Virus record (IMG/VR): IMGVR_UViG_3300029822_001167
Span: 1 to 30,110 of that record
DNA length: 30,110 nucleotides
Strand: one strand, 5' to 3'
From: a virus
Taxonomy: Duplodnaviria; Caudoviricetes
Positions 8,374-15,496 of the stretch are shown here, piece after piece. The translations under genes and the position numbers were made by a program. Under the pieces are notes generated by a model that saw nothing but the letters and a program-made list of their open reading frames with translations, ran no database searches and was not told the DNA's origin. Numbering within the stretch: position 1 is the stretch's first letter; every line of letters begins with the position of its first letter.

Positions 8374-9269
8374 CAGATCATCACCCATGTCATATTGGAT
8401 GCGTTGACGGTCAGCGTCTCATCGTAATCCGTCTGCGATCTGGACGGGAGGTCCGATCCCGGCATCCAGCATCCGCCGAATATAACGTTGTAGCCTCCGA
8501 TGGCTTGTGTGACCGAAAAATCGGAGGTCTCGGACATTTTAAGCCTGTCCCACATCAGCGATGTGCTGGGCACCGTATACTCGAGCTGAATGCCGAGGAG
8601 GTCCCCGGGATACATGAGCGAACCGGCCTTAAGCGCCTTGCCGTTAACTATCCCCTCCTTCTGGACAAGGTTGTTGCTGATGGTGAGGTTGTAGCTCATG
8701 GCTGGGATCGTGATGCCTCCGGACAGGCTGCATATCGGATATGTATTGTGAGTTACAGGATTAAGGGCAGGGATGGAGGCATCGATGTTGGTCATCAACT
8801 CGGCCTTTGTAGCCTTCGGCTCGTCGCAGATCATGGAAAGCACGTCGAGCGACGCCATGACAGGAGCTCCTACCCCGGTGCCTGCGAGAGACAGCGAGTT
8901 GACCTTGCATCCTCTGTAGAGGTAGTACTGGTCCGGCGACGCCTCGACAAGCGTGGAGAACGATTCGATATCCCCCCGTATCCCGGAAGGCTCTCCGAGT
9001 GTAAGCTCCAGTAGGTCCGTCCACGAGTATGCGCCCGAGTCACGATATATCCCGAGCTCTGCCTTGAATCCCGACTCCCGCTTACCATAGGTCACTATCG
9101 ACGTAGTCCTGGACCCGTCGGACCCGTAGGCCGTCAGATCGTAGTTGTTGATGGCATCAAGCCCCTGGAGCTTTCCCCCATATAGGAGCTGTCCTGCGGG
9201 GACGATGCCGTACGTGGTCTCCTTGATGTACTGCAGGGCTTTGAGCGCCCCGGCCGTTTTGATTCCCAT
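8373..9269 (-). CDS. Major tail tube protein
   Basis: N-terminal YIKETTYG..P motif, Y.GCKVNSLSL and SYNLTISNNL segments typical of siphoviral tube proteins; follows the neck genes. Confidence 0.8.
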   Translation of the reverse strand: MGIKTAGALKALQYIKETTYGIVPAGQLLYGGKLQGLDAINNYDLTAYGSDGSRTTSIVTYGKRESGFKAELGIYRDSGAYSWTDLLELTLGEPSGIRGDIESFSTLVEASPDQYYLYRGCKVNSLSLAGTGVGAPVMASLDVLSMICDEPKATKAELMTNIDASIPALNPVTHNTYPICSLSGGITIPAMSYNLTISNNLVQKEGIVNGKALKAGSLMYPGDLLGIQLEYTVPSTSLMWDRLKMSETSDFSVTQAIGGYNVIFGGCWMPGSDLPSRSQTDYDETLTVNASNMTWVMI

Positions 9270-9273
9270 GTCT

Positions 9274-9681
9274 TCAGTCTCCTATGTAGCGGATCACGTC
9301 CACGTCGAAATTGTACTGGGTGCGACGGTTGTCGTCGACAGACACAACATATGGGGCCGACGTGGTCAGTACGCAGGGGTAGAACGTCCCGTTGATGGTC
9401 ACGTCCAGCACCATACGCAGGGTCCGATAGAGCAGCTCCGACATCCGTTGACCCGCAGTGTAGCCCTTCTCCCCTTGGCCTGTGACCACGGCTACAGTGA
9501 GGCTGTGGTAGTCCACATCCGATGTCAGAGATGGTGCTTTAGGGGAGGGCCTTGCGGTCACTATCGCCGACGAGGGGCGGTCCTTATACAGATTCAGATC
9601 TGCTTCTGTGAATATATCGACTCCGCGCTCGACTATATCGAGCTCTGCTAAGTAGTCTACTATATCCTCGACCACGCTCAC
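9274..9681 (-). CDS. Tail terminator/tail completion protein
   Basis: IVDYLAELD..G.DIF and P.....D.NRR..Y.F pattern; GTG start at 9681 overlaps the upstream stop (GTGA). Confidence 0.7.
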   Translation of the reverse strand: MSVVEDIVDYLAELDIVERGVDIFTEADLNLYKDRPSSAIVTARPSPKAPSLTSDVDYHSLTVAVVTGQGEKGYTAGQRMSELLYRTLRMVLDVTINGTFYPCVLTTSAPYVVSVDDNRRTQYNFDVDVIRYIGD

Positions 9682-10133
9682 AGCCCAATCCTCCGTAGCC
9701 TGGCATCTACCTCGTCGCAAAGATCTTCAGGGATCCTGTCCCTGTTATCCATAAGCGGTTTTGATATGAATTTATTCCCTGTCCCGGGCTTGGTCCATCG
9801 GACAGGCTTGCCAGACCTGCCAGGATCGGGCATGTCATGAACACGCTTGGCATAAGGGACCCCCTCGGAACCGACCACTACTCTGATCCTGTTGCCTCCG
9901 TTCTGTCCCACGTATATCATTAGGGATTTGCGGAGGTTGGCGTTACCGGAGTCTATCCTCATGGGATATCGCTGCCTTGTCGACTGAGGGACTCGAAGCA
10001 TCATTGGCTCCTGGACCGTGTTCAGGATTGCAATATGCAGCGCCTTACGGGTTTCCGCGAACCCGTCGCGGAAAACGCCTATTTTGTTGGCGAATTCGGT
10101 GATGTCTGTGATCTTAACGATTCTTATGCTCAT
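9678..10133 (-). CDS. Neck protein, HK97 gp10-like
   Basis: VP...G.LRKSL...VGSEGVPYAKRVH...PG..NKFI..PL signature. Confidence 0.75.
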   Translation of the reverse strand: MSIRIVKITDITEFANKIGVFRDGFAETRKALHIAILNTVQEPMMLRVPQSTRQRYPMRIDSGNANLRKSLMIYVGQNGGNRIRVVVGSEGVPYAKRVHDMPDPGRSGKPVRWTKPGTGNKFISKPLMDNRDRIPEDLCDEVDARLRRIGL

Positions 10134-10639
10134 AGATCGTAGATCACCTCCGATTGAACGATCTTCCGGATCTCATCGGTCAGAGGGTCGGCCGCCGATC
10201 GGGCGTACAGCTCCTTGCACATCATCTCGATCGCAAGCATCAGCGTTGCCGGACAGCTCTCATATCCCGATCTGAAAACTACCTTTATGGTCTCCCCTAT
10301 ACCGAGGTCCCCTGGAGTGTCGAACGCCACATATTCTGATTTTATAATAAAATAGTCCTCGATGTAGTGCTCGTGCCCGGAGTTGTCAAAGTAAGTGATG
10401 CTCTCGACATCAATAAGAGATGGATATAAGGCGTGAGTCCCCCCGGAAGTGAAAGCAAGCTCAAAATTCCTGGCCACAATAACGCGCTCCAGGTGCTCTT
10501 CGAGCCTTGTTCTCGCGGCAGTTATAATCTGGGTCAAAAATGGGTCATCGGCTCTAACGTCGTCTCTGACAGATAGGAACTCTTTCAGCCCGTCGATGGT
10601 TATGGGCTCGGCGATCTTGCTGTCTATGATCGGGAACAT
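10130..10639 (-). CDS. Head-tail connector/adaptor (gp6-like, long type)
   Basis: EPITIDGLKEFL.V....DD..L..IITAAR...E...R, VESITYFD, V.FRSGY..CP..L.LAI motifs. Confidence 0.85.
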   Translation of the reverse strand: MFPIIDSKIAEPITIDGLKEFLSVRDDVRADDPFLTQIITAARTRLEEHLERVIVARNFELAFTSGGTHALYPSLIDVESITYFDNSGHEHYIEDYFIIKSEYVAFDTPGDLGIGETIKVVFRSGYESCPATLMLAIEMMCKELYARSAADPLTDEIRKIVQSEVIYDL

Positions 10640-10680
10640 GGGCGAGAGTACATGTGCACATTGAATTGTATGTAATCAGA

Positions 10681-10697
10681 TTAAAAAAATAAAAAAT
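10681..10697 (-). terminator. Archaeal-type oligo-T terminator (may double as neck-operon promoter)
   Basis: Minus strand TTTTTTATTTTTTT about 20 nt after the stop of 10719-11246. Confidence 0.55.
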
Positions 10698-10718
10698 GTT
10701 TAGATCCGGCCTTGTTGC

Positions 10719-11246
10719 TTACGGCAGCTGGTCGTCTGTTTTTGTGACCGTCTCCTTGAGATCGTTGATGATCTCGTTTATATCTTCGGCCGTCTCCTTG
10801 GCCACCGTTACCTTGGACGCAGCCTCCTTAACTGTGTCTGCGAGGCTGACCACATAGTCCGATGCCCGTACTAAGAACTCTCTGAGCCCCCAGTGCAGGA
10901 TCAGAATATACACGGCCACAGACACGGCAGATGTCAGTCCGGACATGCATACATACGTCCACTGTCCGGCACCGACTATCCCGATATACTCGATGAGATA
11001 GGCGGTAGCGAAGAGCCCTGTACCGATCGCAAGGATCATAGAGACGATCGTCCCGAACAGGTAGCGGTTGTCCTGCGGGAGCTCTGCCGCACTCTCTATC
11101 TTACCCGACGCGATCTTGTTATCCACCGCCTTGTGGTATAGCGTGTCGTTGGTCAGCTTGCCGATGAGAATGGCCATTATGAGCGTTGACGCGAGCATGA
11201 AAGGAATGTATTCCTCAGGCGTCGATATCGTTGTTATATCTATCAT
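10719..11246 (-). CDS. Multi-pass membrane protein, holin-like candidate
   Basis: Three hydrophobic segments and a charged helical C-terminus; SD GGAGGTG before ATG 11246; alternative in-frame ATG at 11342. Confidence 0.6.
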   Translation of the reverse strand: MIDITTISTPEEYIPFMLASTLIMAILIGKLTNDTLYHKAVDNKIASGKIESAAELPQDNRYLFGTIVSMILAIGTGLFATAYLIEYIGIVGAGQWTYVCMSGLTSAVSVAVYILILHWGLREFLVRASDYVVSLADTVKEAASKVTVAKETAEDINEIINDLKETVTKTDDQLP

Positions 11247-11338
11247 TTTGAACACCTCCAACAAAATCAGAATGGAGATCAATGCCCAGACACCCCGTCC
11301 TACCTGGATCCAGGGTGAGCTTATCAGGGCACAGATCT

Positions 11339-12331
11339 TCATTCCTTTTTCAGCCTCCCGTATATAGACCAGACCAAAAGCCCCGAAACGAATATGAGGA
11401 TGATCAAAGCACACTGTGCCTCGACCGTCTCCCAGAATGCGGCGGCATGGACAGCCTCCAAGGCAGTAATGGTCACATCGCCTGTCACAGGTGCATCAAA
11501 GTCCCAGTCCCAACCCGAGTATCCGCTGGGCATGGCCGCGGGCATAATAGCATGCCCTCCATGTGCTACCGTCTCGGTCAGGAACACCGTGTCGCCGTCT
11601 CCGTAAACGAAGTTAACGGTGTAAACATCCGCGGCGAACTTGGCCGAGAATACGGTGTCGCCGACATAGCTGTAGCTATCCCCGAGCTTGACGCCGTTCA
11701 CATCGTACCATCCGAGGAACGTATGGGATCCCTTGATGGGATCTGCGGGCATGGCCGCAGATAACGCGGACTCGGTCGTGCCGGTCGATATGGTTACGCC
11801 TTCGACCGTCCATGCTACGGAGTATATCTGCTTCCACATCGCGTTAAATGTAACGCTTTCGGTCACAGCCTTAGGGATGGCCCTGTCCCATCCGCTGAAT
11901 GCGAACCCGTCCTTGGTGGGGCTCGCGGGGACTGCTATACTGGCGCCATATTTGTAGGTCGCCGTGCTGATCGTACGGCTCTCGTCGACGAATTTTACTG
12001 TACAATCGATATCGGATATTATGGCCTCGAAGACAGTGGGCACCCCGGACGTCAGATACACGGTCGACCCTACGGCCGCCGTGATCGTTGTTCCGGAGTA
12101 CTTCCATCCGTCCATCTGCTTCCCCGCCGGGACGGTGATGCTCATGTCCCCCATCGATTTGAGGGTCACGGAGCTCTCCGTGCCGGTGTAGGAGTAAGTG
12201 GTATCCGCCACCACATACTGGATCTCATAGGTCTCGACTGCGGCGGATGCCTCGGGGATGTCGACTATAGCGACACATCCGAAGCACAGCAGCGCGAGGA
12301 CAGCGAATATTCCTGTTTTTCCAAGTGACAA
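11339..12331 (-). CDS. Adhesin-like surface protein with InlB B-repeat (Listeria-Bacteroides repeat/Flg_new) domains
   Basis: Signal peptide, about four repeats of the type P.SPTKDGFAFSGW...T.NAMW and PADPIKGSHTFLGWY...FSAKF, and a C-terminal TM helix with basic tail; TTG start after GGTGAT SD. Confidence 0.85.
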   Translation of the reverse strand: MSLGKTGIFAVLALLCFGCVAIVDIPEASAAVETYEIQYVVADTTYSYTGTESSVTLKSMGDMSITVPAGKQMDGWKYSGTTITAAVGSTVYLTSGVPTVFEAIISDIDCTVKFVDESRTISTATYKYGASIAVPASPTKDGFAFSGWDRAIPKAVTESVTFNAMWKQIYSVAWTVEGVTISTGTTESALSAAMPADPIKGSHTFLGWYDVNGVKLGDSYSYVGDTVFSAKFAADVYTVNFVYGDGDTVFLTETVAHGGHAIMPAAMPSGYSGWDWDFDAPVTGDVTITALEAVHAAAFWETVEAQCALIILIFVSGLLVWSIYGRLKKE

Positions 12332-12412
12332 AATTGATCACCGCGATAGCCATGGTCAAAAAAGACCTAATGTTATCAGAATAAATGATTGAAATAATTT
12401 GATCGGCCGCCT

Positions 12413-12841
12413 TCACGGCATGTCCGGCAGATCCGGAACGTCTGTGGTCATTGTTTCTGCCATCGCAGAGACCAAGTCGTTCCATCCGTCCATGGCTGTG
12501 ATGTAGGCCGCCCATGGAGTCACATCCTCGGCCTGCCTCTTCTTACGGTACGCGATCGCAAGAAGGCTGTCGGCCGTCTGATGCAGTTTTTCACGATAGT
12601 GTCTATGCAGGGCCGGTGTCCAGGATCCATCGATGATGCCGTCTAGAAGTTTATCGTATTCGATGCGGGAGAGCCTGTGCTCCGTGCATCTCCATTGTTT
12701 AACGGCGTTGCCATCTCCGTCGGTTACAATCTCAGAGGAAATGTTGTCTCTGATGAGATACACGTCACGCCCGACCGTCGTATCTTTCGGATCGTTGTCA
12801 TAAATTGCTTCCACAGTTTCCATTTCTTGCCTCCAATCCAT
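12413..12841 (-). CDS. RT-coupled hypothetical protein (candidate fibre-assembly chaperone or DGR accessory factor)
   Basis: Overlaps the RT 3' end (alternative start at 12823). C-terminal W..Y....D...........P.LP..P resembles tail-fibre assembly chaperones; not recognisably Avd. Confidence 0.65.
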   Translation of the reverse strand: MDWRQEMETVEAIYDNDPKDTTVGRDVYLIRDNISSEIVTDGDGNAVKQWRCTEHRLSRIEYDKLLDGIIDGSWTPALHRHYREKLHQTADSLLAIAYRKKRQAEDVTPWAAYITAMDGWNDLVSAMAETMTTDVPDLPDMP

Positions 12842-13838
12842 CCTTTACAGGTAATATGGTGACCCTGCTGAGACGGTATGCGTTACAATGAGATAGAATG
12901 CCCATGTCTGACGCATACTGTCCTCTATCCCTAAGAGTCGGTATATAGTCATTAATTATCAGTTTGCATAGGATATCCTTCATCCTATGCTTGATCTTGA
13001 TTTTTGTCCTCCGCCTTAACAGCGTGTATTCAGAGAACGATCTGTAGCCCACAAAATCTACTCCGCGTACATCGCAGGGGAAGATCTGCCAATGTCTGTT
13101 AAGCTTGAGCCCTATTTCTTCGAGACAAGCCACCATCTTATTTTTCATCCGACGTAGCCAGCTCTTCGTTTTTCCGATCATCACAATATCGTCCATATAA
13201 CGCTGATAGCATACTACATGCATGGTCTGTTTGAAGTAACGGTCAACATATGCAAGGTAGAGGTTTGCGAGGTATTGAGAGGTGAGATTGCCCACCGGCA
13301 TGCCAGGACGTGGATATCCGTAGATCACTTCCTTGAAGAAGATGAGGACATGAGGGTCCTTGAACCTTCTTTTTAAAAATTGGAACATTTTGTCCTTATC
13401 GATGCTCTCGAAGTAATGGTAAACGTCCATTTTGAGGCAGTATTCGGATCTGGAGCCCCGTAGATATTTCTTAAGCGTCCTAAGGGCATAATGCGTCCCC
13501 CTCCCAGGTATAGCGGCATAAGTCTGGCGGATATAACTGTTTATGAAAACATCACGAGTCTGCAAGATGACGGCCCATTGCACTACACGATCGAAGAACG
13601 GTAGGCTCGCTATGTGTCGGAGCTTCCCTCCTTCGATCTTGTCGAAAAAGTTGTACTGAGAGGTTTTGTACTCATCGTCCATCAGGACTTTCCTGACCAT
13701 GCCGAGGTTACTGTCCAGATCCTTTTCGAAGGCTATAACTCCGCTCCGTTTCGTACGGCCTTTCCGTGCGAGCTCGTAAGCATGGCGGATGTTCTCTGGA
13801 TCTACGACCTTGTCCCAAATATTCCCGGCTCTTTTCAT
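12798..13838 (-). CDS. DGR reverse transcriptase (346 aa)
   Basis: F.DRVVQ.A, GRGTH, LKMDV..YF.SID, GMPVGNLTSQYLANLYL (DGR-typical SQ motif), catalytic RYMDD and GVDFVGY; no maturase/endonuclease domain. Confidence 0.97.
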   Translation of the reverse strand: MKRAGNIWDKVVDPENIRHAYELARKGRTKRSGVIAFEKDLDSNLGMVRKVLMDDEYKTSQYNFFDKIEGGKLRHIASLPFFDRVVQWAVILQTRDVFINSYIRQTYAAIPGRGTHYALRTLKKYLRGSRSEYCLKMDVYHYFESIDKDKMFQFLKRRFKDPHVLIFFKEVIYGYPRPGMPVGNLTSQYLANLYLAYVDRYFKQTMHVVCYQRYMDDIVMIGKTKSWLRRMKNKMVACLEEIGLKLNRHWQIFPCDVRGVDFVGYRSFSEYTLLRRRTKIKIKHRMKDILCKLIINDYIPTLRDRGQYASDMGILSHCNAYRLSRVTILPVKDGLEARNGNCGSNL

Positions 13839-14140
13839 TTCTATGCCTTCTATGCCTTCATCTAGTGGCGGCCTTTCCCAGCTCCCGTTTCCGCGAGGGT
13901 ACTAGGCGGCGTTCGTTTTTTCATATTTCACCAAGGGGTGAGGCCGCAATGAGCGTAATGTGTGATGAGTGTCGCGCGAGCACCGATATTCCAATTCCGA
14001 TTCGAGAGGGAATTATTCAGGTTAAGAGCCGAAACACCACCGGCGGACCCATTATTCGAGGAGCCCCCGGCAATCCCGAGCAGGAAATGGCACGGACGCC
14101 AATGCATCCCACCGCAGCCTGAGCCCTTCCGGGCTCGAAG
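13839..14140 (-). ncRNA. Predicted DGR template RNA (5' leader + TR + 3' spacer)
   Basis: Non-coding interval between target and RT holding the TR, a 5' hairpin GAGCCC-GGAA-GGGCTC (14121-14136) and a 3' hairpin TCACC-CCTT-GGTGA (13928-13941). Transcript ends are inferred. Confidence 0.6.
13973..14081 (-). repeat. DGR template repeat (TR)
   Basis: 109 bp aligning without gaps to 14219-14327 (offset 246). Reads LGIAGGSSNNGSAGGVSALNLNNSLSNRNWNIGARA, with 18 adenines, 16 of them in eight AAY codons. Confidence 0.97.
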
Positions 14141-14152
14141 TAAATAATTAAA
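14140..14152 (-). promoter_or_regulatory. Candidate TATA-box promoter for the TR-RT transcript
   Basis: Minus-strand TTTAATTATTTAC, an AT island in the short VR-TR interval. Confidence 0.45.
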
Positions 14153-14180
14153 GTTCATAGAAATGGTTTCAGTTACACCC

Positions 14181-14200
14181 GCTCGCCGAGGACGGCGAGC
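14181..14200. other. DGR target-recognition hairpin/cruciform
   Basis: GCTCGCCG-AGGA-CGGCGAGC: perfect 8-bp GC stem with 4-nt loop, directly after the target TGA (14201-14203). Confidence 0.9.
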
Positions 14201-15496
14201 TCAGTCGAACACGAAGGCCGCGCGAGCACCGAGCCCCCAATCCCGACGCGAGAGGGAACTACCCAGGCCAAGAGCCGAAACACCACCGGCGGACCCACCA
14301 CTCGAGGAGCCCCCGGCAATCCCGAGCCTCTGCGCTGTAGGGAAGCTCCAGTGGCGGTCGCACAGTCCGGTGGAGTCCGACCCCGCGTTGTTGTCCCAGA
14401 GCCCCCAATCTACATCGTCGGTCTTGATCTTCGTCGCGAAGAAATTCGTCGAAACGGTGAGGTCGGTCACCGGGAGGGATGCGATCTTGGTCTTGCTCGT
14501 CAGGAGATCGTCCGCCAGTACGTTTTGACCCGCGTATACATCCACCCATTTACCGTCCTCGTCTTCACGTCCTACGTCAACGACGAAATCGTCGATAAAC
14601 TCCCACTTGTCTCCCCAGAAATTCTCCACGAAGCATTTTACGGGCTGGTTTACGGCCGTTACATTTCCCGCAAAGGGTCCTGCCTGATCGAGTTGTCCGC
14701 TCACAAGGCCGGCGGGATTTTCGGGCCCGCCTACACTGTAGCCATTGCCGATACGCCTCTGCGAGTCGAAGCTCTTCAACGCGAAGAGGATCCTGTCCCG
14801 CATAAAGTGCCGCTCGTGGAAGTTTATAAGGTGCCAATTCTCGCCGTTCGCGTGCGCCGCCGCCCTGAATGTCCCCCTCGTCTCATTGTATGTAGGCTGG
14901 TGGCCAGAAACCGACTTGAGCTTCCCATCGATGATCGTGCCCTGATACACCGGGATCGCCAGATAATTGTATTTGTGGCCGCCGAGAGTGTGAGCATATG
15001 CCTCTCCGTCGTTAATATTAGAGGAGTGCAGGATGCCGGAGGCGTTGCGCTTGGTATAGCAGAGCTTGGCGCAGTACATCACGTTCTCGGTCGCGATCTC
15101 GGCAGAGACATCGACACCATTGACGTCCTTGGACAGATCATACGGATCGAGCGTGTGCAGTATGTCCCCGGCCCCGTTGATCGTGGCATAGAAGTCGTCA
15201 CGGAGCATGGCGTCCGTCATGCCCCAGGTGCCAACGTCCAGGACGTTTCCGAGGTTGGACACGGGACGGTGCATCGAGCACCCCTCCGAGTATGTGAGCG
15301 AGCCTGTAGGGTCGGTCTCGAAGGCAACGGGATCGAACGCGAGTCCGTATCTCCACGAAGCTCCTCGGACGAAAGATGCGGGAATGCACCCGTCCGCCTC
15401 CAGTAGGACCGCGTCCCCCTTCTGCTCTGCCTGCTTTCTCGAGCGAAGGTGCCCCATCGCCGTGAAATCCCCTCCGAAATCAACTGTATCTGTCAT
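14201..15496 (-). CDS. DGR target protein, predicted C-type-lectin-fold receptor-binding/fibre protein (431 aa)
   Basis: ENFWGDKWEFIDD (GNVWEW-like) and terminal GG.....G..........S......GAR motifs typical of CLec/FGE-type DGR targets; ATGA-coupled to the upstream fibre gene. Confidence 0.9.
   Translation of the reverse strand: MTDTVDFGGDFTAMGHLRSRKQAEQKGDAVLLEADGCIPASFVRGASWRYGLAFDPVAFETDPTGSLTYSEGCSMHRPVSNLGNVLDVGTWGMTDAMLRDDFYATINGAGDILHTLDPYDLSKDVNGVDVSAEIATENVMYCAKLCYTKRNASGILHSSNINDGEAYAHTLGGHKYNYLAIPVYQGTIIDGKLKSVSGHQPTYNETRGTFRAAAHANGENWHLINFHERHFMRDRILFALKSFDSQRRIGNGYSVGGPENPAGLVSGQLDQAGPFAGNVTAVNQPVKCFVENFWGDKWEFIDDFVVDVGREDEDGKWVDVYAGQNVLADDLLTSKTKIASLPVTDLTVSTNFFATKIKTDDVDWGLWDNNAGSDSTGLCDRHWSFPTAQRLGIAGGSSSGGSAGGVSALGLGSSLSRRDWGLGARAAFVFD
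14219..14327 (-). repeat. DGR variable repeat (VR)
   Basis: Encodes LGIAGGSSSGGSAGGVSALGLGSSLSRRDWGLGARA; 15 mismatches to TR, 14 at TR adenines. Confidence 0.97.

Larger units (their letters stand above)
12413..15496 (-). mobile_element. Diversity-generating retroelement cassette: target(VR)-hairpin-TR-spacer-RT-small ORF
   Basis: DGR-type RT, a 109-bp TR/VR pair differing almost only at TR adenines, VR at the 3' end of a CLec-type target, and a GC hairpin next to the VR. Confidence 0.97.

Noticed and set aside
12798-13838. RT as group II intron, retron or Abi defence RT
   Set aside because: No maturase domain or interrupted gene; the SQ motif and adjacent TR/VR pair indicate a DGR.
13928-14158. 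76-aa ORF running through the TR
   Set aside because: It is the TR read in the VR frame, which is expected to be open. It has no SD and does not resemble Avd, so it is treated as template RNA.
14351-15406. 351-aa plus-strand ORF
   Set aside because: Antisense shadow of the DGR target gene.
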